Of a DNA stretch of 64,000 nt, positions 30,820 to 46,300 are shown piece by piece. The stretch lies in NCBI RefSeq assembly GCF_009914755.1, contig NC_060930.1, one strand, 5' to 3'. The translations under genes were made by a program, and so were the position numbers. The notes beneath the pieces are model-generated. The model was not told the DNA's origin, did not search any database, and was given only the letters and a program-made list of their open reading frames with translations. Numbering within the stretch: the first letter of the stretch is position 1; the number at the start of each line of letters is the position of its first letter. Source of the stretch: the human T2T-CHM13v2.0 reference genome, Homo sapiens.

Positions 30820-31125
30820 GGGATAGATTTGGAAACTATGTCATATGAGGAATTACTGCAAGAAGTGTGACTAGCATGTACACTAGCATGTGGAAGACAC
30901 ATTAGACTCTATCTTAATGTTGTTAAAGACTGGAGAGAGAACGATATGCAGAAAGTATCCTACTACATTGTAGAGAGAATTTTCAAATACGAATTAGTTA
31001 TCCAAAGATTTCCAGCGGTAGTGAATTATTCATCACTGTGAGTATTCATGCCTGACTCAGACAATCCCTACAGGGATGTAGCATAAAAACATCTAGTCTA
31101 ACAGATGGCTAGTTGGACTGGACAT
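30820..31125 (+). mobile_element. L3/CR1 LINE relic
   Basis: tggaaactatgtcatatgaggaa and gtagtgaattatcatcactgtgagtattca...gttggactggac resemble the CR1/L3 3' end. Confidence 0.5.
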
Positions 31126-31710
31126 TCTTTCTTTGCCATATTGAAATAATGCTAATATTATTTCCTAAATATACAAAGAAATATATTTGTGTTTACAGAA
31201 TACTCATATATACATAGCATATGACTAAAAAACTTACTGGTTAAAAGGCTAGAAGGGAATACATAATAAAACGAAAATGTATTATGTGAGATAGGAAGAT
31301 GATGGATGAGTTTAAAAAAAAATCCAACAGCAATTTGGATGAGAAGTGGAAAATTTTGGCTTAGTTTAATACTGAGAAATTATTGATCTAAGTGGAATCC
31401 ATTCACAATGAAAACAAACTTTTTTCCTTTGAATGTGCCTTCTTTAGGAGACCCTCCAAGCTGACACCAGCTGTCTGGGCCTATTCTGATCCAAACCCCA
31501 AACTTTTGAATTCCTCTCAGTTTTGGGTTCATAAACATATGTTTTTTAAAAAATATAAATTGGAGGATACTGAGTGACATTAAGACATTTCATGAATGTT
31601 TACAGCCTGTAGGAAAAAAAATATGATTTCCAGCTTGCCTATAAAAGGGAGAGTAGCAAATGTTTGAGAAACAACTTCTCTATGCTTATGCATAGCATTG
31701 ATTCTGTTGA

Positions 31711-31750
<40 letters not shown>
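31711..31750. repeat. (ATT)13 microsatellite
   Basis: Direct read. Confidence 0.98.
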
Positions 31751-31752
<2 letters not shown>

Positions 31753-33209
31753 TAATGCAATCTCTTATTTGTGTGGCAGTTACTGGAAGCAGAAAGGCCA
31801 AGATTAACAATAATGATCTATCACTGACAGAACTAAATGAAGAGCTTTACATTTCATGAGTTACTATTATTATTACTGTGCTAATCATGGAAAATGCTGC
31901 TAACTTGAAATCATTCAAATGTACCAGATAAATTTAAGCAGCTGCCTAGCCATCAACACTTAAGTGGAAACAGAGTATAACCCAAACGCTACAGTATAAA
32001 GTATCAATTAATAACACAGGTGTGCCTGGGTTATTTTTAGCAGCCTAGAAAACCCAAAGTTAAATAGCAAAGAAATTATGTGTAAAGCTCTTTTTTCATG
32101 GTCTAGGTATATCTATCATGCTTTACATCATGTTAAATGATTTTTTTCTCAAGTTATTTAAGAGCTCATATTATCTTACAAATAACTTTAGAAATGTATC
32201 CTAAACTGTATGTATCCTAAATGAGAAATGTTTCCTCAACTGAGAAGCTTGTTGGATGGATGATTTATGTTGGCTGAGAAAACAGCAAACAAAAAGGCTT
32301 TAATTAGGAAAAAGATGCAGCTATGAGAACTCAAATGCTAGAAAACAAAAAAGCAGTAATTGGAAAAGAAAACAGAGGGACCCTGAACTGATTATATTTT
32401 GTTAATTTCATACATGTACTGAATACTCACATTCTATAAAGCTCTCTGTTAGCCTTTATGGTGACATAATGATGTATAAAATAATTTCATTTTCTGCCCC
32501 AGTGGTTTCAACATTGTTATAAAAAAAGAAAGAACCCTTATGGTATGGGTTTTCTCTAACATTAGCACTAAGTTAAATTATGTTTCACTGGTTGTGGAAT
32601 TCTTACACTGGTTTCATAGGAAAACATTTTCAGAAGCAATTTATATTTCCTTCTAGGATCTAAACAAGAAGAGCAGAATTTCTAGTTACCAGCATTTCCT
32701 ACTAGAGTAAGGGCATCTCTGTTGGTCAGATCAAAAGACTGATTTTTTTTCTATAAGTATTTAAAACTTATTTATTCAGTCACTTAAAATTTAGGTTGAA
32801 TGCTTTTGTAACACTCCTACGTCAGTTGCATAGGAACAATTCAAAGAACCTTCAAAGGATAAAAGCTGGTCAATTTCAATATCTTCCCTACACTTAGCAG
32901 ATCTAATTTCTCATAGCTCACAACATGAGCAGCCTTAACATCTTTCTGCTCATGACATTGCTTTTCATTTTTGTGGTTTTTATCTATTCTGCTTCCTCAA
33001 TCTGAAATTTTCTCTCCCCCCTTTTCAATATTTATTTAGATCCTGCTTAAACCTTTAAAGCCCAACAAAATCCCTTCCTCCTACACAGAGACATACCACA
33101 GCAAGCTCTCCTGGTATTTCCCTCTCTCTCTTCTGTTTGTTATGCTTACCTGGGAAGTATTGTCCAGTGTGACTGTTTTGATCCCTTTAGGTCCACTCCC
33201 CCTTCAAAT

Positions 33210-33400
33210 TAATGGTTATTAACCCTTTCAGGACATAAGATTCATGAGAGGTGCTTTTCAAAAAGGGGATACTCAGGTTCTGTCCCCAAAACAACTGAAT
33301 TTGGAGTTTTGAAGATAAGGCTTGAATTGAACACTGCTATTTAAAAGAAAATCTTCCAGGGTTATTTTCATGCATAGTAGATATTAAGAAACCAGTTGAT
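33210..33400. mobile_element. MER5-like hAT-Charlie MITE, degenerate
   Basis: aatggttattaacc...ttccagggttattttcatgca...ttaagaaaccagttg; ~190 bp with weak terminal inverted repeats. Confidence 0.5.
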
Positions 33401-34156
33401 TTAGGATAAGATTAATCCAAACCAGTTTGTTTACCATAAAAGTTTATAATTTAAGACCTTCTTTTCCCATCTTCCTGTTTATATTTCTGTCATACACATG
33501 AAACAGAGTACATGCAGCATTTTTAGATTCAACAAGAAAAGGTGTGACCATCCAAGCCTATTGGTGGTGTGGGTGGAGGAACAGGGAAGACTCCAGCATG
33601 CATGCTAATCCCTAATCTAGAACATATTCCTCATTAATAGATTAATCAGCTGAGGTCCATATGGTTTAAAGTTACCCAAGGTAGAGGAGCCCAGCATGTT
33701 AGTGAAAAGTGAGGTACAATTTGGATCAAGTCTTCAGCCTCCCCGAAGAGTGAGGTTTTAGATTTCACTGGACTTTGTGCTCCGGCTGATCCCTAGTTGC
33801 CTTGTATGTTTTGGTGTTCTTGGCATCTGAAAGCTCAGTTCTTTCAGTTTTCAAAATAGTCCCTTATACACTTCTTGTTTCTTCCACATTGTCTACAGTT
33901 CATAGAATACACACAAACACAACTTGGTTGATTTGATTCATGAACATTTTCCCTTCTCTTGTGTTTGTAGCCTTCAGGAATGCTGCTGTCCTAGGAAAAA
34001 AAGGCCATTTTTTAAGCCTTAGAATGAAACAAAGGGAAGTCTGTACTTGGAATAATCTTGACCCCAGAAATCTTGTTTGGTGTTCAGAAAGTGTGAAGGA
34101 TGCTAAATATTCAATATTCTACAAGAATGTTAGCTGCACTGCGCATTGCCATCTCC

Positions 34157-34160
<4 letters not shown>

Positions 34161-34198
<38 letters not shown>
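34161..34198. repeat. (CT)19 microsatellite within a pyrimidine tract
   Basis: Direct read. Confidence 0.98.
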
Positions 34199-34201
<3 letters not shown>

Positions 34202-36004
34202 TCCCTTTCCCTCCCTCTCCCTGTCCCTCTGCATCTTCCTCTCCTTTCTACCTGCTCTTTCTCTCTAGGGCATGGCATGTATGTAAGATTTCTATTTGCG
34301 TTCTGCCAAGTAATCAGAAGTAACAGTACCTAATTATTTAACAATCTAAAATATAATTGAAAAAAGCCTATATGAACTATCCAATTTCAATGAATATGAA
34401 AGCTATTTTTATCAATGTCTGTATTAGATTTCATTAGTGGGTAGCCTCTACCCAACTGACCTCCATTTTCAGTTTCTTTGATTTCAACTGTCTTTGATGG
34501 TACTGAATGGACACATCCCCTTGCCACCAGTGGTTAAGAGTTATTGTTTACAAGATTACCAAGGAAAAACTTATGCACCTCAGCTTCTGCTCCTAAGAGA
34601 TGCACTTTGGGGATGGTAGGATTTTCAACTTAGTTTTCTAGTTCTGGTATCATCAGAAAAGATTCAAAAATTTCCCTGAAATACACCAACTACTGTTCTC
34701 ACCTTCTGTAAAGTATTGACAACAGAAATGCCATATCATAAATGGGCTATTTTATAAAAAACATATTTGTGTTTTTACAGATAAAATGACAAATTTAAAA
34801 CCCCAAGAACACTCCTTCTGTCAGTTTCTGTTGTGTCAGATATTGTATGCTCTCTTCTGTATGACCTTGGAAGATAACTTCCCTTATGTGAAAACAACTC
34901 TCCCATGAATTATAAATGATGTCGAAGGATTGTTCTACAACAAAAGTGTCTGGATTGATAGTATCTGGAATTTCTCCAAGTTGTTAATGTATTTTCTAAT
35001 CGTTTTTAGCCAGCCCACTTTTATAGCAAACATCTCAAATTTTGTTTAGAAAAAATAATAAAATAATGTTTTTTAACTTGTAATACTGAATAATGTTTGA
35101 ATGGCTAAAAGTAAATCAAACGATGACAATTCTGCATTTTTGTCAAAGGGGGAATTTTCTGTTCCCATAACCACAATCTCTTTAATTCCACTAGCCAATT
35201 ATAGGGTGTGAGGTAATAATGCTCTCGAGGGGAAATGCCATTGCATTGACCTCAGACTCAGGGGGACTAGGGAATGGGTTGGATAAGCAGCAGAAAATAA
35301 TGAGCACACACCGTAAGGTCAGATGAAATGGAAATAGAATGTAATCATAACAACTTTGCTCTTCATGCTTTGAATTTACTGAGCTATTTTCCTGTGTGAC
35401 TATCTATATGCAAAGAATGGCTTAACCTTCCTACTTCTAAAATAAATGCTGCTTGCATCAAGCAAACTTCACAAAGCCATGACCTATTTTGATAAAATTC
35501 AGGCAAGTTTTCAAGTGGATTTTTTCTATACCAACCAACGAGTTTGTTGTTTGAAGAATACACGCACGTACACTCATACACACACTGCAGAGACACACAG
35601 ACACACACACGCACATCCTTTATAACTAAAAGTTTCAAAAACTCTAGTAGTTTTCATTTCCAAAGAATACAAGGCACATTGTTTGTAGATAAAAAACAAA
35701 TAACATTCATTGTTTAGAATGTATACCATTTTCTTCTTTTGTCTTCCTTCTTCGTTAGAATACATACACTTTTTTTAAACACTTGTGCTGTTTACATCTA
35801 CCCAAGAAAATCATCACTTATTACTTGTAAGTTTTATATGTGTATGGTGTATGTGTCTGTATACATATTCATACATTCATACGTCCCTGCATACACACAT
35901 ACATTAATTAATTTTTTAACCAAAAATATGCTTCTCTCCTTATGGGCAGAGATGAGGCCCTCTCTTCTTGGTGTTCCCCTTGTCAGAATTGGTATAGCAA
36001 TTTT

Positions 36005-36188
36005 ATTTAAGAGTACAGGTGTTGGACTCAGACTGGTTCTGCAACTTACTGACTACACAACTTAACATTCCTGAGCCTTAGTTTCCTTGCCCTTAATATG
36101 GAGGTAGCACAATCTACTGCATATCTAGTATTAGATGATATATACACAGTTTTGGGTTATTTATAATTACCCAACATTTAATCATTAT
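36005..36188 (+). mobile_element. MIR fragment
   Basis: ttaagagtacaggtgttggactcagactgg...cctgagccttagtttcct. Confidence 0.6.
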
Positions 36189-36527
36189 TGATATAGTTTG
36201 GCTGTGTCCCCACCTAAATCTCATCTTGAATTCCCATGTGTGGTGGGAGAGACCTGGTGGGAGATAATTGAATCATGGGAGCAGGTCTTTCCTGTGCTGT
36301 TCTCATGGTAGTGAATAAGTCTCATGAGATCTGATGGTTTTAAAAAGAGGAGGTTTCCTGCACAAGCTCTCTTGTCTGCTGCCATGTGAGATGTGCCTTT
36401 CACCTTCCACCATGATCATGAGGCCTCCCCAGCCATGTAGACCTGTAAGTCCATTAAACCTCTTTCTTTTGTAAATTGCCAGGTTTTGAGTATGTCTTTA
36501 TCAACAGTGTGAAAACAGACTAATACA
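36189..36527 (+). mobile_element. THE1 (THE1A/B-like) solo LTR
   Basis: tgatatagtttggctgtgtccccacc...cattaaacctc...gactaataca; TSD attat/attgt. Confidence 0.93.
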
Positions 36528-37549
36528 ATTGTTATTTACCAACATATATGAAAGAGAAAAATGGGAACAAGATGTTTTAGAGTAACTGTTGGATCATTTA
36601 GGGTCCTAAAAGGAAATTAATGATACACCCAAATTCCAACAAGAGTTCATTTGCGAAAGGATTAAATACAAAGGTATCAGAAGATATAGGAGAATTGCAA
36701 GGGATAATGCAGAAACCTGGAGGGATAAAGGGAACGATAGGCCACTGGGGCCAGTGCGGGGCTGAGACCTGTGCTGTGTGTCCCCATTGCTCCTTATTTG
36801 TCTCCATTGCTCCATAAAATACAGTGCTCCTTTAAGATTAAAAATTTACCATCTTTAACCCACAAAATTCCCTGTCTGTTCTTTCCATGACCTCCAGTTT
36901 GGTCTTCTGATTGGCAGTCTTCATTTTGATTCTTGCTCTTTAGCTCTTCCCACACCCCAGGCAGGAAAAATCCTTTGTTTCTTACTTTGCTCAATAGATA
37001 ATGAATAGCTTTGATTCCCTGACAAGAACTTCTCTTGCAGTACTCCGTTCCCACCCCATATCACACCTTCTTGTCATCTGAAATTGCGCTGTTTCTGAAT
37101 TCACAGTTTTCTAACATTCCACTCTCCAACTACAACCTCTTGGGCCTCTAGCTCTCTTACTCAAGCTGTATGGTTTATTGATACATGGTTACTTCTCTAA
37201 TTTTCCAATATGTTTTATCTACCCTGTCCTCTGAATGTGGGTGAATGATAATTAGAGATATATTAATACACTTTGAAGTCAGAAAAAAAGCCTATCTCTT
37301 GGACATTGATGAAAAACAAATGAGCAAAGATAAACAGAAATGAGTGGTGGTTTCACTGAGTCATCTCATGAGCCTCTTCTAGAATTTCCATGAGGTTTTG
37401 CTATGTATTATCCAAGATTTGGTTATAGTTTTCCCTTTAACATTTAAGGGATATGCAGTTGGCTTCTTGGCATGCAACAGACAAACAAACAAACAAACAA
37501 TCTGACAGATTCATATCAACACTATTACTCTTTTTCCACAAATTTCACA

Positions 37550-38548
37550 TTTCACACTTATTGACCCCATAATTTTCCTTTCATCCATTAATCCTCTCCT
37601 CTCTTTCCATCTGTTCTTTTCCAGTTTGAATTCTGTAGTTCATATTCTAATCATTGTCAGTAAATATTTTTATTGCTTTTGTGATCTCCCCAGAAAAATC
37701 CCAATGATTTATTTTCTTCCAAATTTGTATCTATGAAACTGCAGCTTAGTGGAGAAATTTCACATAACTGGTCAGATTCTGCCTCCAGAATATATCTCAA
37801 ACTTGCCTAATTCCCCTAATTTCTATTGTGAAATAAAACCAAACCATATGGTTTCTCACTGGCCTATTCCAGCCTTCCATAGTACTTTAGGATCAACTCA
37901 TGATCCATTCTAATTCACTCTTCACAACACAGCAAATGAGAGTTTCATAAAATATAAAACAGTTTATGCCAGTGCCTTGTGGAAAATTCTTCAATGACAA
38001 TCCTTTGTTGTGAGAAAGAAAATCAAACTCCTGAATATTGCCAAAAAATCCTGCCTAATTTGGTCCCTGGCCAATACCAACATCATTCTCCCTCTTCTTT
38101 GTTACACTCTAGGATCACTGTCCTTTCACTTCTGCAAAAGACAAATAACCCCACCTCAAGGACTTTGCATATGCTGTTCTTTTTCCTAGAACACTCTTCT
38201 TCCTCCTTTGTGAATGTTGATTCCTTCTCTTTCTTATGTATTTGCTTAAATGTAGTCTCCCCTATTTGAAGTTGGCAAATACCTTCCTCCTTCCCCTACT
38301 TTCTCCCCAATACTTATTTCTCCTGCTTTCTCCCCTTTCCTACTTTCTCTGTCTCCTACTTTCTCCCTAACACTCTATTCTTTTTCTTTATGATTACACA
38401 GTACTTATCATCTTTACCTATTAGCATCTCTACTGCATCCTGAGTGTGGTCAGGACCAAGTTTATTTTGTTTGTTTTTGTATTTCCATTGCCTAGCGCAG
38501 TCCTTGATATACAGTAGATGATGAATAAATATTAAATGAGTGAAAGAA
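37550..38548 (+). mobile_element. L2 LINE 3' region
   Basis: ccacctcaaggactttgcatatgctgttc; L2 tail cctagcgcagtccttgatatacagtagatgatgaataaatatt...gagtgaa. Confidence 0.7.
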
Positions 38549-40563
38549 GCATTAGACAGGATATAGTGGGTAATAGGGAGACATATATCCCTTTTGAGCT
38601 AGGAAATTGTAGTCTGTATCATAAATTTATGCAGATTAATTTAGTGATATAAAAATCAAATTACAAGTTAAGTGAGAGAAGTGAAATTATCTCTTAATTA
38701 AACTCAGGACTTTCAGGGTTATCTTTGTACAAAGTTTGAATGATCTGGACCTTGCTCTCTTCAATTTCACTTCCCCCTAATATCCTCTCTCTTTGATTAT
38801 TTCTGTCACATTTCACTTGCACCCGGAGATGCTGACCCCTTTAAATGTACTGATTCAAGTATTGATAGCTCTCTACAGCACAGCTAAGATAGGCTGAAAA
38901 ATACAAAATATATTGCATAACACTAAGAAAAACCAATACCTAAGGGCTTAAATACAAAGAATATAAGAAGTGCAAGAAGTCCAATCTATAATATATAGGA
39001 GTTTAATCCTGCTCTCTCTAGCTCCCTGCTTAAGTGCAAAAAGTCTGGCTCAGTCTACCTCTCACTCAGAGCTGCCTCCACTAGAGCTCTCCAAAGGGGT
39101 GGCACAGCTCACTCTCTCTTTGACTGTGACTCTCATTTCCTGTATCTCTATATTCCCAGGTAATAGTGGCCCTGCCTTGGGCCTCCATACTTTAAAGGAG
39201 TCTATTCTTATCCTCTTCTGGTCTTCCCCTTCTTATGAGGGTAAGACATCTTATAGATCAAGGGAACTTACTCAGAGGCTGTAACTGCCTGCTGCCATTT
39301 CTAAACCATAGTTCAGGAACCTGGAACTCTGGCATAAGTGCCCCAAGCTCAGTTCCAGAGTCTTTGCAGTCTTCCTCCCTAGATCCATTTTCCGATGGCA
39401 GATTACACACTAGAGTATATGCAACTCTAGGCCTGAGGGATGGCTACAGGGCCGCCGTTTAAAGGGACGTGAAAAGACCTTGAACATGCAGGCTGTGGTG
39501 TCTGCGTGGATGTGCATCGGGCCTCTTGTGGTAGAGGACAAAATGGGATGGAAAGAGAAGGTAGGAAAATACTAACAGCAATTGAATTATCTTTTTTATT
39601 AGCAAGTACATAACAAATAGTTTAGATTAAAAGTAAACAATCATTAAACGTTAGGAATTACAGGCAAATAGAAGAGTTTAAACTTGAATATGTAATATTT
39701 GAAAGAGTTTTTTAATTAAGTTACATAACCATGCTGTCTAAATTAAATGAGATTTTGCCCCACCTTGTTGAGTCTGCATACAGGCATACAGAGTTGCACA
39801 TACTTTAGGAAGTGACCCAAGCTCTAGTTGGATGGTTAGTAGAGTAGAAACCCATGTACAGATGTTTGGGTGCTTTCCAATAAAAATAAGCCATTTGCTT
39901 TTCTTCTCAGTACTGAAGAAGGATGAGCAAAAATATTAAAAGGCAAAGATAAACAGGCCTTGCTGAATTGTCCAAGACTGACTCCATTTAGGTCAAGGTC
40001 ATATGATATATCCGTGTGGTTTTAATTATATTGTTTTCTAGTGAGCATTATGGGTGTGTCTGATTCCAATTTTAATTATTTCATATACTTTTTCAGTTGC
40101 CTGTGCTATAATAAACCACATTCTTCAGCATTAAATCAATCAGAACTCCACCTAATTTCAGTGGCGATATTTTATGAGGCTAAGCTAAATATTTGTACCT
40201 AGTATCTCAGAAGCCAACAACAATCTGTGGATTAAAAGATAGCTTTTGTGTATAGAAGAAATGTCCTTTGTTTTGTCATACAATTGCTAAAAGAACTACT
40301 TCTAGTAAAACAGTGTATAGGAATTTATCATTTATACCATCAGAAGCAGTTTTCATTATTTCGAACAACTATAAAAATAAAAATTGCAGGTTAAAATAAA
40401 TAGTGCATAAATTAATAGTTAAAACTAGTGTAGTTGAGCCCCCCAAAATCTTAATTATTCTGAAGATTCAGTATCATTGTACTTTTAAGAGTATTAATTT
40501 TATGATAAGCATCTTTAGGCCTCTTCATGAAAATGATTTTACAATAACTATAGTAAAGCAGGG

Positions 40564-41367
<804 letters not shown>

Positions 41368-43360
41368 TCAAAATGTATTCCTTGAAACGATACTGCCACA
41401 TGGATATATAAATGAGGTGCATTGCTTTGGAGGGCTCTACCATCATTATTATTCCAGCTATCTGAGTAGATACATGCCTTGTTAAAGCATTAAATAATGA
41501 GGTCACACTTCAATAGCTAATTACAGCCTCTGTCTTCTGTTTTCTGTAAATGCATGTATGTGCGTGTTTCTAGCCCTATGGACATAATCAAATCTCCAGA
41601 TGAGTAGTCTAATCTATTATTGTAGCAAAACTAAAATCGTCAGAATTTTGTATTCTCATTTTCATATTTGGTATGGTTATTCATATAAATGGTTAGTTTA
41701 AAAATCAAACAAAACATCTTTTCCACCATTACAAAAATCATTTAGATTACAGGGGAGTGTATCTCCATTGTTCATTAGAATAAAAAGTAACAAATAATAT
41801 TATTTGCCAAGTCGACCTTTTAAAGTCTTTATTATCTAATATAAAGCAATATGGAAAAGAAATTTGATTTTCACTGAAATTCAACACACTCATCAAACCT
41901 TCAGTTTTGGTGAACCATTGATGTTACGTAAAAACTCTAAAATTTAGGATGATAGAAAGAAAATGTACCCTTATCATAAATTTACAATCATATTGTTTAG
42001 ACTGCATGCAATGTATTTATTTATTTGTAGTGACTCAAAGGGTTACGAAAGACAGTGGTTGAATTGTCAACATTTCTCTAGTATTTATATAGTAAGACTG
42101 AAATAATGAGAGTGATTTATTGTTCTTGGATAGGACCCTGATTTTGAAAAAGATTAAATGGCCCCAGTTACAGCTAACATTGTACAGTATAAGAATTTTC
42201 AGAAATAAGTGACTATAATAGTTTTTTTCTAAAAAGGAACAGCAAAGAAACCCAAATTTGTTGCATCAAATAATATGTTGAATCATTCAATTATATGAAT
42301 TTTATTTAAAAATACATATTTAAGATAATAATGTTACTATTAGCAAAAATAAATTAAGGATTAAAAGTAAATTATAATGAAACCATAGAGATGCCATACT
42401 TGGTATATTGGAAAATCCCTTTGTAATTTTAAAAATTCTACCGTATTTTTGCTCACTTAATCTTTAAAATACTTAGAGAAATAGGGAGAATATTAAATTC
42501 TGGTTCTAATTTAGGAATAGCTTATTGGAATAGGACGGAATGCTCTATAATATCTTGCTATTACTGGTAAAAGAAAAATGTTTATCTGGTCCATTTTGAC
42601 TGTATATTAATGACAACCAGTGTGGTGAATGTAGACCCCCAAACATTCAATCGTTTGGAGTCCTACAAGTAATCTGTCCTGCTGATTCAGATACTGAGAT
42701 ATCATCTGGATATTTCCTTGTAAACATGATCCTTGTAATGAAAATAATGATGTTGATTTGTGCTTCTCCTCAACATGTATGTCCCAAGAAGGGGCAGAGA
42801 TTGGTCTCTGTTCTAGGATGATTTCTTTACAATTACCATTGCGCTATTGATTGTTTTCACTTCATTTAAACTTAGAATATAGATTAGATCTGTGCATATA
42901 GTTGTTAATGACATTCTGTTAACAGCAGCAAGATAAAGTTGCCAGTACCATGGCAAGAATATTTTATTAATTGTCCAGTCTGGGCACTGGGCCAAGGTAA
43001 AACCAACAGGATAAATGGTTCATTGCCATTGCTTTCAAAAGAAGATTATAGTACTGTTCTTTCCTTTTGAACATTGGCTCAATTCCCATTCTTTAATTAA
43101 TCTGCAAGAGGCTGACACTATTGTCTTTCCTAATTTTCTTGTTTTGGAATTGCCTAATGGATTTCCTCTCTTATCTCTGTACTCACATCCCATTGTTCCT
43201 ACTATGTTATTGCATATAATTTATACAAATTCTAATTGCATGTAATTTATTCAAATTCTTAGTTTTCCTGCCTTTATTTCAATTCCTTAATACTAAACTT
43301 TATGCTTACCTCACTCCTAGGTTCTTTCTTCATAATGCTAATCTACAGATATTAAGAGTT

Positions 43361-43412
43361 ACACACACACACACACACACACAGAGAGGCAGACAGAGAG
43401 AGAACAGAGAGA
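43361..43412. repeat. (CA)n/(GA)n microsatellite
   Basis: Direct read. Confidence 0.9.
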
Positions 43413-45744
43413 GGTCAGAAATGTGTATATCACATTTTAGTCAAGAACTTAAATTTTTATCAGAAATGGTTCAGAGATTACAAGGTAAAAAATCATTTAA
43501 CTAAGTTGTAAATGTGTCTTGAAGCATGTTATCAGCCAAAGCAATGGGGTGCGACATTATAATGATGGTACACTGAAGTAAGAAATTGTTCATGAATGCA
43601 TTTTCCCTAGGCCTTCTGTGATACTATATGGATTTCATTGTTTAGAAAGAGGCTTTTAAAAACTGTTGTGTTTTTGATTAGGCAACTTAAAACTAAGAGC
43701 TCATTTGTGCCTTGGATAGGAGCTTTGTTAAATAAAAACCAGTTCGTATTAACTTTATGATAAATGAACCTCAACAATATTATATCAAGGCATGTAAGCA
43801 TAACTACAAAATGGCATATAATCAAATACACATCAATTAAAAAGAAAACTTATGTAACTAAAATATTTTACCTAAATGAAAAAATCTACATACAGATATT
43901 AATAGCATTGTTCAATGTTATCTGTAAAAAAGCTGAATATGCTTATGATATAGAAGTTTGTTGTGCACCCAACCTAAATAGATGCCATGATTTAAATGTT
44001 GATGTGGTGTCCATTTATTTTGAGTCTATAATTAGAAAATGTTAGTAACACGACTATTAACTAATGGAAAAAACACAAAACTTTGTTTGGTCAAACATAA
44101 ACCACAAAGAAGCCTTTTCAGTGTTCTATGAGATGAAACGATACATAGATCTATAACAAGTCTAAGTACATGATATTTTCTGTTTTTGAAAAGTAAGATA
44201 ATTTAACTAATAAAAAACTAGTGACCAATGACTGTGACATGGACTATTTTTAAAAAAAGAACTACATCTACCAACACATCTAATTATTCAGGAAATAATT
44301 TTGTCTTTGCTTAGAAAAAATTTATGGTAGTTAAGCTGTAATTTTTCCTTTAAACAAGCATTTAAGGGAATGATCAGAAAAACATCTTATATTCTTTTAA
44401 CATTCCAATGAGGAGTCCATAGTCCTAAGGGAGTAGAAATGTTGTTACTAATAAAGTTAGTATAATTGCAATACTAATGTGTCAGTGTCAATATGTATGC
44501 TAGATATGTTTCAGTAAACAGTGCAAAGGCTAAGATTTATTTTTGCATACATGCGATAAAAAGGTGATTCTTGTGATAATTTGGAACTTCCTAGAATAAT
44601 ATATTTACTTAAAAACATTCCACTCTAAATTTATAAATCTAAAATGTTAGGGAGAATTCATAAGAACACCAGTCAACATTGATACACTTGACTAATTACA
44701 TCTCTATAAGTTCATAAGATTCAGTCCATAAGCCATACTTTAAAAATAGACCTTGCTATTCTGTAGTGGAAACACACATACACAACCAACATAATTACCT
44801 AAGATAAACTTATCTTCTGAGCACACGAGAAAAGTTTAGAAATTTCCTAAACCCTATTCAAATGATAATATTTGCTAACATAGCTGAGGTGGGTCTTCAG
44901 GCTGCTGTGGGATCTTAATATAAATCATGATGGCATTGAGCAAAGTATTAAATATTCTTTGAAGGATATTTTTGAGCTGTTTCCCTAGTGTGTCTATGAG
45001 AATCTAGCCCTAATCAGAATCTGACATTCCTCAGGGGATTAGACTAGTTATTTTAGGCACAAAACTTCTCATAGTTTATATCAGAAAACCTTAGAACATA
45101 AACTAAATATCTGTGGAAAAGCTTGAGTGGATTCAGACATCATTTTCAAGGAAAAACAAGCAATTCTATGTGAAGGCATCCCTTGCAATCAATTCTATAG
45201 TAAGGTGGGATAGGAGCTTAAAGGAAAGGATGGAGTCGTGACTGCTAAATCTTTATGACAGAATATCAGCAATGCTTCTCACACACCTAGGGCCCCAAAA
45301 GGAATAAAATCTCACTTTTTTATTAATGTCTTAATTTAAATTTAAAATTAAGTTTATTAATTTTCTGGAATCCATTACTGTTTTAAACTGCTTTATGGAG
45401 CAACACAGTTTTCTTTTTAGTTGATGCATCTTCACTTTGATGATTCTTATTGATGAAACAAAATTAAAAAAAAACTTCGAGGATACACTGGAGAAGTCCA
45501 GCTGTAGTTTTGCAATAAATAGAAAAAGATATTTTCACCAAATATTCTTTTATTTAAACCATTTTATAGATATGCAACTTCAATGGGACAACTTATCCAG
45601 TGTTTCCCCAACTTTTGTTTTTTCCTAATAAGGATCCTCTTGAATAGTATTTCAATGTCTCCCAGAATTCTATCCTAGGGGAAGAAAAACATCTCCTCAG
45701 ATCAAGTTGAACAAATTCCCTATTAGAAATGAGAACAATATAAT

Positions 45745-46300
45745 AATATCAGATGGGGCTTTTTGTTCGTTTGCAAGTGTAACAGATGTCAAATTCGAGC
45801 TAACTTTAGCACCAAAAAATGACTTACTGGTTTAAGTAAGCTGAAGACACTGAGGCAGCTCACAGAGTCCATAGCTTAGATGCAAGGACTGGGCTTCAAA
45901 GGGCTGAAGTAGGATAACCTCTTATCCAGTGCTCTGCCTCTCTCCCTCTCTTGCTGTTAGTTTCTTTTTCTCTCAGATTAAAAAACAAACAAACAAACAA
46001 TCTTGGCCTGTCTTTTCCTGTTCACACCTCATCCTCTTAAAGCAAACTGACTTCCCCAGGTGTCTGTTGATTATGCTCTTTGCAGCCCAAATTTAACAAC
46101 TCATTGGGAAGAAGTGCTGGCATTGCCCAGAGTCAATGTAACTGTCGCAAAGATAAATGCTGATTCCCTTAACATTTCCATTTCTTGACCTAATTGTTGT
46201 TATTAGAAGGATAGAAAACTGTGAAGAGTCAAAACTAGGTCATATGTGGTCAAAGGATAGAGTCTTCTAAGGGAAGGAAAGCTGGCAATAGGCAGTAGCT
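45745..46300 (-). mobile_element. Old MLT1 (J-L-like) LTR relic
   Basis: tttgcaagtgtaacagatgtcaaattcgagctaacttta...actggtttaagtaagctga; later aaactaggtcatatgtg. Confidence 0.4.

Noticed and set aside
38290-38375. Repeated cctactttctc units resembling a spaced array
   Set aside because: Degenerate pyrimidine-rich minisatellite inside L2; not CRISPR-like, and the DNA is eukaryotic.
42600-42820. ~73-codon stop-free stretch
   Set aside because: No convincing start or splice sites and no recognisable protein similarity.
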